This document shows, in pieces, positions 1 to 12,550 of a DNA stretch of 64,000 nt. The notes below the pieces were generated by a model. The model did not search any database and was not told where the DNA came from. It saw only the letters and a list, made by a program, of their open reading frames with translations. The position numbers and the translations under genes were made by a program. Source of the stretch: Mobula birostris (lineage: Eukaryota); contig NC_092371.1 in assembly GCF_030028105.1 (NCBI RefSeq), positions 14,219,884 to 14,283,883 on the forward strand, written 5' to 3'. How positions within the stretch are numbered: the stretch's first letter is position 1; the number at the start of each line of letters is the position of its first letter.

Positions 1-284
1 GGCAACTTGACAGTTAACAGCTTGGAGAATCTGTGTTCATACACGGAGCCTGTGCAAGATGATCACCGTGGTTGTCGGATGTCTCATCTCATCTCATCTT
101 GCTCGGGTCCAGAAGTTACCTGCGGGATTCACAACAGAGATGGGTTAGCACAAAGAACCAGACCGTGAAGTGCCAAACGGTAAAACAGGTGTAACCACAC
201 ACATAACAGTATATCCAACAACGGTCATGGAGCAGGATCAGGAGATGGCATTAATCAGCATAGGATCTCGGGACATAGTGAGAG

Positions 285-560
285 GAGAGGTAGAGTGAGG
301 CGAGAGAAAGGGAGAGAAAGATAGGAGAAATGGGTGAGAGAGGGAGACGGGTAGAGGCAGACGCAGACACAGAATGGATGGGTAGACGGAAAGGGGGATG
401 GTGAGAAGGAGAGAGAGATAATGACATACAGGCAGTCATACAGCAGACGGGAAGACACAGCCACAGATATAGAGTGAGATAGAGAAACAGACAAAAGCAG
501 GGGTTTACAGAGGGACAGAGAGGGATATAGACAAGCTCTCAAACACAGATGTAGTATAGA
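285..560. repeat. Purine-rich (GA/GACA) low-complexity repeat
   Basis: Degenerate gaga/gaca runs. Confidence 0.8.
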
Positions 561-1839
561 GGGGAACTGCGGATTGCAGTCGACGTTGTTGACCTCCAGA
601 ATGGTGTTGCCTATTTTGGAGGAAAAAATATCTGAAATGAAGAACGACGCCACCAGAAGGCCGAGTAGATTTGGTGGGCTAATATGATAAAATTAAGATA
701 TAAATGTCTGTATCGCTGTTTTAATTAAATTTATTACATGTCAGGGAAATATATCGAAACCTAACAAATGGGTGAGTACAAGCCAATAGCCATCAAACAC
801 TCATCATTCTCCCGGATTTAGCTATTAGCCCCTCGAGGCGGATCAATAGACCAAGATCTGGGCCTCTACACCTCCTTGTGCAACAGGATCCTGGATTTCC
901 TTACTGGCAGAACCCAGTCAGTACGCATTGACAGCAACATCTCTTCCACAATCACCATCAGCACAAAATTGTTTCTTGATCCTAAACTGATTAGGGTGTT
1001 TTTCGAAAATAAACCATAGGATCATAAGATAGAGGAGCAGAGTCAGGCCATTCTGCCCATCGGTCCTGCTCCACTATTCCGTCATGGTTGATTTATTATC
1101 CATCTCAACCCCATTCTCCTGTAATCTTTGAAGTCCTCACTAGTCAAGTACAGACCAATCTCTGCTCTAAATATACCCAACGAGTTGACTTACGCAGACG
1201 TCTGTGGCAATGAATTCCACAGATTCACCACCCTCTGGCTAAATTGTCTATTCCTAGACTCCCTCAGCAGGGTCCTGCACATGTCTTTATCTGTGCATAT
1301 GATAAGCTTTTCAACCAAAACAATGGATCCGATAGGACAGGGGAATTGTTTCTGGAGCCCGAGTCGCAGTTACCAAATATTCAAAACAGGGAACAAAGAA
1401 GATTTTTTTGCAGGAGGTTGTGATCAGGAACTAAAGACCAAATGCTCTGGAATATTTTCAATAAGCAGTACGTTGAACAATACAGCACAGGAACATGCCC
1501 TTCGGCCCACAATGTGTCCGCCAAACACAGTGGCAAAATAAACTAATTGTCGACTGCCTGAACGTGATCCGTGTACATTATATTAATGTTTTTGTCCAAC
1601 AGACTCCTAAACGCCGCTGTCATAAACGCAGGAGGTTCTGGAGATACTGGAAAACCTGAGTAAAATACACAAAATGCTGGATGAAATCAGTAGGCCAGGC
1701 AGCAACTGTGGAATGAAATAATTAAACGTTGACTGATCATTCCCCTCCATACATGCTACCTGACCTTCTCAGTTCCTCCAGCATTTTGTGTGTGTGTTAT
1801 TCTTAAACATCACTATCGTATCTGCGTCGATTATCTCCT

Positions 1840-2420
1840 CCGACAGCCCGTACAAGGCACCCCTCACTCTATGTGTAAAAAGCCTGCCCTACATATCTCA
1901 TTTAAACTTCCTTCAATCTCATCTTAAATCCCCTAGCATTAGGCAATCTCATTCTGCGTTCTATTAAGTCTCGGCCTCTCACTATCTTTCAAGTTTTGAG
2001 CGGGTCGTCTCTCACCATCAGACTCTCTTGAGAAAACAAATAAAATATCCATCCTCTCCATATGGCTCATGCCGTCTAATCCAGGCAGAACACTGGCAAA
2101 CTTTCTCTGCACCCTTTCCAAAGTCACCGCATCCTGCTTGAAACGGGGCGCAAGAAATGCACACAATATTTTTAGCTGCTTAACCAAACTTCAGTACAGC
2201 TGCAACATGTCACCCCGACTCAGATTCCCAATGCTCCGACCTATAAAGGCACGAATTACATATGCATTACTTACCACCTTATCTACAAGTGTGGCTACTT
2301 CCAAAGAGTTAAGGACTTCGAACCCATGATCCCGCTGTGCAGTTAAGATTTTAGGTGTCCTGACGTAAGCGGTATAGTTTCCCCTTATATTTGACCACCT
2401 CCTTACCTGCGGTGTAAAAC
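1840..2420 (-). mobile_element. CR1-type LINE 3-prime fragment
   Basis: ORF with LERVQRKF...LPGL, typical of the CR1 RT C-terminus. Confidence 0.75.
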
Positions 2421-3219
2421 CACACATATTTGCCCGGAAAAAAATACAATCTCCAACACAAGAGAATCTGCAATTGCTGGAAACACACACATAAAATGAT
2501 GGAGGAATTCAGCAGACACACAGCATCTGCTGGAAGAGCACAGCAGGCCAGGCAGCATCCATGGAAAAGAGTACAGTCGATGTTTCGTGCCGAGACCCTT
2601 CAGCAGGGTCCTGCACATGTCTTTATCTGTGCATATGATGAGCTTTTCGATCAAAACAATCGTACACTCAATATAATTGGTTTATAATTGTAACGATGAA
2701 CAGTGAAAATTTACCTTTTCCTGCGACTCATGTATACAGATCATTTCATCACATCAGTCCAACTCCTATTGATCGCTGCCGACTCCCTCCATAACTTCCT
2801 CTTCCCTCCACTCTCATCAACACTTCACACCGTCCTCTTCACCTGCGTACCCAGCTTTATTTAACTTCAATTTCTACGTAACTGTCCAGAAGGAATCCTG
2901 AGAGGAAGGGAGCCGCCGTGCCCACTGTGCCGTCTTCTGGCGAGAAGTTAAACTGACGACCGTCTATTCATCGCCACTATTCTGAAAACAAGAAAAACTG
3001 ACCCATAAAGACCAGTCAGCAGTGCATTGCCGAATTGTGGAAGCTTTCTGTGCACATATTGGTCGATTACAAAAACACTCCGTTGTGTTTGGAAAGGCGC
3101 GCAAGAGACGTGGAACATAATGGAAGCGTGAGTTCGTCACCGATAAAACTCGTTGGGAAGGGAGTTGATAAGATCCCTTAGAATGGCTTTTCCTGACTTT
3201 CCTTCCTTATTGAGTCGCT

Positions 3220-4010
3220 TTTCAGACCATAAGAAACAGGAGCAGGATTAGGCTATTCAGCCCAGAAATCCTTACGTCATTCCATCATGGTTGATATTAT
3301 TTTCCCCTCAAACCCATTCTCTGCCTTCTCTCCTTAACCTTTGAAACCCTTCAGAATCAAGACTCATAAATATTCGCTCTAAGTATACTCAGTGACTGGG
3401 TCTCTACAGCCGCCTACGGCAATGGATTCCAAAGATTCACCACACTCTGGCTAAAGAAATTCCGCCTCATTTCTGGTCTCAAGGCACACCCCTCTCTTCT
3501 GAGGTTGCCCCCTCTGTTCACAGCCTACCCCATTCTTAAAAACATCCGCTCTATTTAGGCCTTACAATACTCGACAAGTTTCAATGTGATCCCCCCTCAG
3601 TTTTCTAAACTTCAGCAAGAATACAGGCCCATATCTATCAACGCTCCTCATATGTTAACGCATTCATTCGTGGAATCATTCTCGTGAAGCTCCTCCGGAC
3701 CATCTCCAACGCCAACACAGTCTTGCGTAGATATGGGTGCTCAAAGCTACTCGCAGTACTCCAGGTGATGTTTGACCAATGCGTTACAAAGCCTCAGTAT
3801 TGCTTCCTTGCTTTTATAATTTAACTTATGGCCACTAGCTTCGGCGTCCGTTGCCACTCGCCCTGTTCCAACATAACCATTGCTACCTGGAAATATCTGC
3901 ATACCCACCCTATCGAATACTTTCATCATTAAAATCAATCCCGATGAATTCGCCATCAACACAACCCACTCATCTCACTTCTCTGGAGAAAGATTTCCTG
4001 CTATCAATAG
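3220..4010 (-). mobile_element. CR1-type LINE 3-prime fragment
   Basis: LRLCNALVKHHLEYC motif and a CR1-like tail. Confidence 0.75.
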
Positions 4011-4344
4011 GACTGCTGATAAATCTAATCAGACTTCTGCCCACAGTCTCATACCCCAGGTTCAGCACTGTGTAAAGACTCCAACTGTGATCTGACCAAA
4101 GCTAGTAGACGTGTATTTTTATATGTTTGCAAACCACGTTCCATCAATGTGTGCCTGGCTTCCAGTAAACAGAAAACCCACAGCGCGCCTCTGCCTGTTT
4201 CCAATACAACCAAACATATATTAATAAGCATTGCGTTTGATTTTCATCAATTGCATAGGATCTCCCCCCTCCCTTGCATCGAACTTACAAAGCGATGGAC
4301 ATGCGCCTGCAATTAACACCCAGAGTTTAACTCGGTCACGAACG

Positions 4345-4387
4345 ATGAGATGCTTGGCGGTCTTTCAGCTCTCTCACCTACTGCAAG
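4345..4387 (+). pseudogene. psiA: orphan leader exon of a gene A duplicate (MRCLAVFQLSHLLQ)
   Basis: Near-identical to 16518-16560 including promoter and intron flanks. The donor GT is mutated to TT, and homology stops at about 4875, before the V exon. Confidence 0.88.
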
Positions 4388-4879
4388 TTCAGCGACCCAA
4401 ATGTCGTGCGGAAAAGAGTTTGGGCAGCTAATTCAGAAGGCATAAAAAACAATTTGGTAGAACAAATAAGGAGCTTCCAACACTAGAGGTCTTACATTTC
4501 AAGGTGAAAAGAGGCTAATTTCAGTGGAGATATGAAGAGCAGGATTTTACACAGATAGTGGTGGGAGCCTGGAATGCGCTGGGGTGGTGGTAGTGGTAGA
4601 CAGATTTAGGACTTTTAAGAGCCGTTTAGATAGGCGTATGGATGTGATGAAAATGGCTATTATATAGTCAGAAGTGATTAGATGGGTAGCTAATTATTAA
4701 TGCAATTGGTTCGGCACAATATTATGGGCTGAAGGGCCTGTTACCGTGTAACAGTAAACATAAATTCTTCTATGTTCTATATTCCATGTTTTGTTTATCT
4801 ACCGATTGTCGATAATCCGAGAAGGTAGAAAGAGGAGCGTAGATTACTCGAGAGGGGAGGTGCGATATATTTATTCTTA

Positions 4880-5520
4880 CCTGTCACGTACACTGTGACG
4901 GGTTAGAGAACCAGCAGAAATGGAAAACACCTTGGGTAAAATACAGACGACATTTGAAGGCACTTGAGAAATTCCATGAACGCTGTCTTCGAAATATCTT
5001 AAATATCAGCTGGGAAGATAGAAGAACCAACATCAGCGTGCTAAATGAAGCAAAAATAACATGCATTGATGCCTACGTCATCAAGAACCAACTAAGAATG
5101 AGCGGTCGGATGAAAGACGAACGTCTGCCGAAACAAACCTTCTACTCTCAAGTTAAAAAAGGCAAACGTAAAAGGGGCGGACAACAGAAGAGATTCAAAG
5201 ACGTCTTAAAATCCAACATGAAGAAACGTAACATCTACATCAACAATTGGGAAACCAAAGGCACGGACAGGAATCTCTGGCAAGCCATAATCCGAGAAGG
5301 AACATCAACTTTCGAAGGCAACAGATGTGCAGAATTAGAAGAAAAGAGAAGAAAATGGAAAGAGAGGCAGCAGCAACCAAAGTCTGATCTGCCACCTGCC
5401 CTGAATGCGGAAGAACTTTCAAAGCCAATATTGGACTCATAAACCACTTGAGAGCCCATGAGTCGATCAACGGAACGAAGACCATCATCTTCGACCTCGA
5501 GGGATAGTCTCGACGAGGAC
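4880..5520 (+). mobile_element. RTE-clade LINE 3-prime fragment at the deletion junction
   Basis: LEKFHERCLRNILNISWEDRRTNISVL...RLPKQ...GKRKRGGQQKRFKD matches the RTE ORF2 C-terminus. Confidence 0.85.
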
Positions 5521-5579
5521 AGAAATGCATTAAAAATTAAGCATAGAAAACAACATTTGTGCCACAATACCAAACTCCA

Positions 5580-7300
5580 CATTGAGAAATGGGCGTGCTT
5601 GGCTTCGCCTGTACCTCCTATCTTAACAGGTTTAGCTGAGAAAAAAATAGTGATAAGATCTCAACAGTAAAGACTGCCATGCCGTATCCTACCCCGCCGT
5701 TATCAATACTCTTCGGAGATTGTCTGCCTGGCGTAGGTGGTCACATAAACACGACTCCTGATATTCACCAGCTGCTCATACTATGATCCACAAGCTGATG
5801 GCTTCACTTAACAATTATTCGGGCCTAAGCAGGAGCTACATCTTGCTCAAAGCTGACCTGCAAGCTGGAGGAGGGAAAGAGAACCTTAAACCTCTTTTGG
5901 TCGAGATGTATGTCCACCCTACCACCCAAAGTGAAAATATGACAGTAGCATTGAACTCTTTCGCTGTACCCGTATTAACTTATTCATTTGGTAGAATATC
6001 TTGGTTCGAAACCGATCTGGAAAAGTTATGAAGAAAAATAAGATCTGAAATGACAAATCTCCGAAAACAATACGAATGCTTGAACGAACTTACACGAACA
6101 CTACCTTGGACAGAATGAGGAAGAGTAATAACAGACATTAAAATACACAACAATTAGATATAACTTTTAACGATATACTTTCATCAACGAAAAGAGGATT
6201 CAGCACTCCACGCTAGCATATGCAATACTGATAAGTAGTAGAAACAACTAAACTTCAAGGAAAACACAACCCAGAAAGATAGGGAAATTATCAGCACAGA
6301 AAAAAAGGTTAACCAGTTGAAGAGCATGAACCTCCATGAAACACTTATCACGATCCGAGCAGAATAGACGTCGACAAAGATTCGTCGAATGCCTGGCTGG
6401 AAGTTGAAGACCGCTTCCCAGAAACAGAGGAGTTCTTTCTGGCATAAATGCCAACTATGCCAAGAGAAACCAGGAATATTCCAGCACTTTACAGGTTTCT
6501 GCAGCAGTTTAACTCAGTCTTACCCAGGCACAATCAACTGGCAAACATCATTCACCAAAATCTCACTCTACAAACCAAACTCATAAAAGACACTGTACCT
6601 TACCATAAATGCAAACCTGATTCAGTTTTAGAGTTGGAACCCTTCAAGTTATATTATGACGGAACAAGAGAAAATCTGCAGATGCTGGAAATCAAAGTAA
6701 TACACATAAAATGCTGATGAAGGGTCCCAACTGTTTACTCTTTTCGAAAGATGGTGCCCGGCCTGTTGAGTTACTCCAGCATTTTATGTGTATTATTATA
6801 TGCTGACCGATCCTTTATTACTGATAGGCCGATCCTTAATAATCGACTGGATGCAATATTATAGGACAAAAAAACAAATCAGCCATTCCAAGCTAATATA
6901 ACATACAGAAATTAGTAAGTGAAAATCATGAGACGTTTGCTGAAGTAAAAGAGAAAAAAGTAAGTCTATAGAACATGAACATGGTATACTAAACGCAACA
7001 TTGAGAAATAGGCGAGCTTGACTATAACCCGTACCTTATATTTTACCAGCATGAGCTGAGAAAATAATAAAAGTGAGTAGATCTCGATAGTAAAATTGTC
7101 CCAATAGTAATATCTGCAGCTATCCAATCCCACAGTCACAACACAATAGGATTAACCAATTAGGCCTACATAGAAATATTTTATAAATCCCCAGAAAGCG
7201 ACAATACAAAATACCTCTAGAAATTTCCTAGCAATTGAGAAATAAATGTGCCTGGCTATGTCCATGTCTCAGGTTTTACCAGTTTGAGCTTGGAAAAAAT
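5580..7300 (+). mobile_element. Decayed R4/Dong-like (RLE) non-LTR retrotransposon
   Basis: Fragments resembling the zinc-knuckle and PD..D restriction-like endonuclease region; paralogous to 43990-45290. Confidence 0.6.
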
Positions 7301-7556
7301 AGAGCAACAATAATAGTATAAGCAATGTACACAGAGACGCCACTAATAGCGGGAAACACGTGTTCCAGGAATTCATACATCCCCCCTCCCACCCCGTCAG
7401 GAGTTCAGTCTAATTCGGCCCACTTCCCAGCCACAACTAATCTCTGCCACCTCTCTTCTAAACCCATTGGCTGCAATTATAACACAGAGCCTCAAAAATG
7501 TACGGCGGTAACCATTCATAGATATATGGATATGCCAGGAAAAAGCGAACCCTCAC

Positions 7557-9270
7557 CTGACTTACGCTCTTTAGGTTAGAGATCCAAGTCAAAATGAAGA
7601 TAACCAGGAAGACAAGGAGCCCAAGAAAGATCGCTCTGGGAAGACACCAGCCCAGAGAAAGAGAATTGTTGCTTGGTGAAATCAAAGCCTCCAACTACAT
7701 TTCATTCTGGCTTTCATTTGGCTGTCATGCGAATCATTCGAAACAGATATACACTAGTTCTAAAGAGGAAGCGAGAGTAAAAGAAATAAACCGATCTCGT
7801 CAAGGATTGTGCTGGATTCAAGCTGTGCAGGCAATTACTCTACACACCAGTGAAGTTCTAACAGCTAGGGATACCATCAGTGAACGTTCGTATAATTATT
7901 TATATCGATTTATTGAACGCTTTTGACTTCTGTTGCACGTCGAGCCCTGACGAGCACACTGCAGCGAATTCCTAATATATGTAAATGTATATGGCGAATA
8001 CATTTGACCCTTGATCCTGAAACCATAATGTACAACTAGAGCCCCATGACAACGGCAGCTGAAGAATAACTCATCGAATGAAACAGCTCTTCAAGCCATC
8101 CGGCCTCTAAGACAGTTTCCCTGCTTTCCTCGAAGTCACCCTTGCCCTTTGTAATCATTTCCTGGTTCACCATCCCAACTTGGAAACACAGCGTATTTCT
8201 GTCATCGTGGCCTTGTCTATTCCTGAAAGCCTCTCTCAACTGAACGGGGAGAGCATCACGGACATCAGACATTTCAGAAGAGGTTCACGTCCAGCTGCTT
8301 AAAGGGCTATTCGGATTGAGAAAACAATGGTGGCGTTGCTGAAGATGAGCAGATCCTTAAAATGGATAAATACGAATAAATGTTAACTATGACGTTTATG
8401 AGACAACGAATTACTCCAGCTGACATAACACCATAAGTCATAGGAGCAGAATTAGGCCATTCGGCCCATCGAGTCTGCTCTGCTATTCCATCGCATCTGA
8501 GCGTCAATATTTTATGTGCAAAACGTAGTCTCACCTTGATCTCATTCAACTGTATGATGGGACACGCTCCTGATTGTCGTCTTATCCGCATCCTCAAGTT
8601 GCGTAATGCAGGTATAGATTCTGCCGCTCCTCCAGGGTTCCAATGGGATCATCACTTGACTTCTAACACTATAGCTCTGTTCAGGGTCAAGCGTGCTAGG
8701 ATCGCTCCATCCTTCAATGATCTGTCCGGATATGCTCCAGTAAATAGCAATTTGGATGGAAGAAAAGCCGCCGACAAGACTCAGCAGGGGAACCGTTCCG
8801 GCATTCTCAGAAGGCGGGACAAATACCAGGATGTAGGTCCGGTTGGTGGCGCTGTCTGGACAGAGATCGGGACACCGTTAACCGCAGCTTCAACAGAAGT
8901 GCATGGCTGAATATAATCCCACTGTCAATTTCTTTTACCTCCATTAAGGAGTGTATGTCCTTTCAAAATCGGCGGGTAGCTGCTCATTCCAGCACAATAG
9001 TAGAAACCCAAATCCTCCATACGGACGTCCCGGATTTTCAGCACTGATGTGCGATTGCAGCAGCGTTTTTTGTAAGTAGTCCTACAGCCGGTCTGTCCGC
9101 AGTCGGTGAATTTGATCGCTACCGGGGTTTCGGCCGCGCACGCTGTTTGTGCCAGAAGATATTGCTCGCAATTTCCAATCTCTGCATGTGTTCATAGGAG
9201 AGTTCAACCGTCTGACGGACATCAACCACCATTGCAACAGGATTCCGAGAAAAAGGCTTGGGTTTTGCAA
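7557..9270 (-). pseudogene. psiB: pseudogene paralog of gene B (V 9270-8939, C1 8855-8535, TM about 7652-7557)
   Basis: Same exon sizes and 83-bp intron as B. Lesions: 2-bp insertion in V giving TAG; V B-strand Cys to Tyr (VELSY); C1 B-strand Cys to Ser; TGA near the C1 end (VE*DQ); TM acceptor AG to GG; 5-bp insertion at the TM exon end. No leader or cytoplasmic exons found. Confidence 0.93.
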
Positions 9271-9583
9271 CTGGAATTATCATCAGTTACTTGAAATTAT
9301 CTACTACATAATAGAAGGAGGTAGAAATTAAACACATTGCCTGCAATTTAAACGTACGCTGTGATTTTCGTTTGTATTCATTGGTTAAGGTATCTGAACA
9401 ACATCTAAGGGAAGTCCAGAAGGCAAACCGACGTTAACCTGGTCAAATTCGGAAGACTTATCCTGTATTCATTAAAAGGATGTTTAGCCGGCAAATTAGT
9501 TTATCTATCTATTCACAGTTAACCACTAATTGAAAGGTTTGCTTGCCATTTCGGACAGGGCTCACCAGGGATTCTGTTCTGGG

Positions 9584-9970
9584 TGTCACCTGGTCCGGAT
9601 ATGGCCCAAGAGTGGAGTGAGAGACACTGAAGCAGGTCGACAGCTCACAGACTGTAATGCGAACAATGTTAAAGGGAAAAGAAAACAATAAACGCTAGAC
9701 CAAACAGGGCCGATGACTAAAACACCCAAATGGAAAACGAAGCCTACACTGCGTCTGAAAAGAGCAACTAAGAATTAAACGAATACCGCCAGCTTTCAGA
9801 GTCGGTTGACTCGACAGTACAGTTTCTCAGGCCTAAGGTAGAAGGAGATGAGTTATAAAACTCTCGTGCAGTTCAACTGTTTGCGTGATTATGCAGAAAG
9901 ATTGAAGTTAATAATTTATCTCCTTCTCCGTTAGGCTAGGAACTTATCAATCAGCCCTGCTGTGGCCACT
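9584..9970. mobile_element. LTR-like dispersed repeat interrupting the psiB leader intron
   Basis: Starts with TGTCAC exactly where homology to the gene B intron ends; second copy at 59926-60175. Confidence 0.45.
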
Positions 9971-10049
9971 CTCTGGAGGTCCAAAGAAGGGATCGGTATG
10001 CTCCACGACCGCTGTAGAAGGGGACTATGTTGAAAAATAAATGTACTAG

Positions 10050-12550
10050 GTTTTCTAAAATTGACTCCTTCTACCTTAGGCTACGAACTTATCAATCACC
10101 CCTGTATATAGCTGCTCTCAGGGCCCTTTTAATCTTACAGTTACTGAACACATCCCAGAAGAATTCAACTTCTTCTGATCCGAAGTCACATCTTTCTACT
10201 GATTTGATGCCATTGTTTACAAGCAGAGCCACGTCACCTCCACTGCCTACATTCTTATCCCTCCGATACAACGTGTAAGCCTGGACATTCATCTCCCAAC
10301 TACAACCATTCCTCAGCCACGATTTCAGTCATGGCCACAATATCATACTTGACGATCTGCAATAGTGCAACAAGATCATCCACCTTATTTCTTATCCTCC
10401 GTGCATTGTGCCCCAGTGAATCCTGGATATTTCATACCATTCACTGTATGCCTATAACTCACTAGAGGATGCTGGCTGATTTGGCGAATATTATTTTTCT
10501 GAGAATAAACTTTACCCACAAATAAAATAAAAGAGAAAACCGTGCAATACCTTTCCACTCTCACTTCCTCATCAATGTTTTCAGTAGTGTTCTATTAAAT
10601 TCCTTTAAAACCAATTGGACTGTGGGCCCTGATATGGCCCCCTGGGGGTGGTACACTATTAAAACGTGAGAGGCTTACTCATCCAATCCGGGTCCTCTCT
10701 CCAGTAGCGGTGGAACCTGACAGCGCCGTCCTCCCCTTCCGAGCCCTTGTGGTAACTGCTCCATATTCAGTGTGTCACTTAGCATGTACCTCTGCAACCC
10801 GGAATGCACCAGCTCATTATTCGCGATTTACTGGGACTAAGTTAATTTCATGGGCGCATTTGAACACCAGCATCTTCTGGGTCCGAGGGGACAGACTAGA
10901 CGAAACAAGGATGGTAGATTTAATCCTGAATCATCAGTAAACTAGGTGGGATCTACGCGAGGCAACCATGGATTCCATTTTTAAACGTTTGCAGATTTAC
11001 TTATTTCAGTAAATTTGAAAGCCATACTTGGCGAGAGGGCATTCGACCTTGCGTCTTCGTGGCATCTATCCTACAACTTCCTCATTTTCCTCAGAATCTC
11101 AGCCATTGCTGCCCTGCTGGCATCCCTGCCGGCATCTCCTTCCAACTTCCTTCGGTCAACTTCTCTCTCATACCATTGACATTTCATTTACTCCACTGAA
11201 ATAGTGTTACGTCAGACCTTACTTTCTACCTATCAAATTTTAAGTTCAATTCAATCATAGTGTCATATCTGTCTTCTAAGGATTCCTTTACCTTAAGCTC
11301 CCTTATCATCTCCGATTCATTACATAACACCCAATCCAGGAAAGCTGATCCCTTCGAAGGCTCAACAGCAAACGCTCTAAAACGCCATCTCCTATGCATG
11401 CAACAAATTCTCCCTCTTAAGAACCATTACCAACTTGATTTTCCCAATCGATGTGCATATTGAAGTCTCTCACGGTTATTACTTTTGACACGCCTTTTCG
11501 ATTTCTCGTTGTAATCTGTGGTCTACATCCCAGCTAATATTGGGAGGCCTTGCATATAACTGCCATTAGGGTCCTTTTGCCCTTAAAGTTACTTAACACA
11601 TCCCACAAGGATTCAACATCTTCCGATCCTATGCCACATCTTTCTACTGATTTGGTGCCATTCTTTACAAGTAGAGCCACACCACCTCCTCTGCCCACTT
11701 TTCTATCCCCCCGATACACTTGTAACCTTGAACATTCATCTCCCAACTACAACAACCTTCCAGCCACGATTTCAGTGATAGCCTCAACATCATACCTGAC
11801 AATCTGTGATCGTGCAACAAGATCATCCACATTATTTCTTATCCTCCGCACATTGTGCCCAGTGACTCCGTGTGTTAGATCTGGATATTTCGATACCATT
11901 CACTGTATGCCTGCAGCTCACCAGAGACTGCTGGTTAATTAGGCGAATATTATTTTTATGAAAATAAACTTGACCCGTAAATAAAAAAAATACAAGAATA
12001 AACTAGCCAATAAATTTTCATTTACATTCCTAATCAATGTTTTAAATACTGCTCTATTTCATTCCTTTAAAACGAATTGAACTGTGGGCACTTATGTGGC
12101 CCCCTGGTGGCGGGGGGGGGGGTGGTGTACTACTAAAAAAGTGAGGGGCTTACTCATCCATTCCGGGCCCTCTCTCCAGTGGCGGTAGAACCCTACAGTG
12201 CGGTCCTCCCCTTCTGCGCCCTTGTGGTAACTGCTCCAACTTCAGTGTGTCACTTTGCACGTACCCGTGCAACCCGCAATGCATCAGCCCATTGTCCCTG
12301 ATTTAGTGGGACTGAGTTAATTTCATGGGGGCAGTTGAACACCTGCGATATCTTTCTGGGTCCGAGGTGACAGTCCAGAAGAAACAATGATGTCACATTT
12401 ACTCCCGATTCGTCAGTAAACTAGGTGTGATCTACGCGAGGCAACCATGGATACTAGTTTTAAACGTGTTCAGACTTGTTTATTTCAGTAAACTTTAAAT
12501 CCACAACTGGCCAGAGGGGATTCGAACTCCCGTCTTCGGGGCGGCGGCCG
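10050..12550 (-). mobile_element. Two tandem CR1-type 5-prime/endonuclease fragments
   Basis: YTLYRRDR..GGGVALLVKNG motif twice (about 10.05-11.05 and 11.2-12.55 kb); B-box-like GTTCGAATCC at the 5-prime end near 12520. Confidence 0.75.

Larger units (their letters stand above)
1470..9583. repeat. Segmental duplicate of the A-B unit with a large internal deletion
   Basis: About 1.5-4.87 kb aligns by eye with about 15.07-17.04 kb. About 5.83-9.58 kb aligns with about 44.1-47.27 kb. Confidence 0.85.

Noticed and set aside
1-250. Minus-strand branch point and acceptor (tgctaac...cccgcag) near 120 and a GCTCCGTG match near 50
   Set aside because: All frames stop quickly, no upstream exons can be linked, and the context is cut by the window edge.
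251-653. Ser/Leu-rich minus-strand ORFs
   Set aside because: Translation of the GA-rich low-complexity repeat.
8536-8910. Long plus-strand ORFs over Ig exons (8536-8910, 46295-46753, 45290-45748)
   Set aside because: Antisense shadows of the minus-strand genes.
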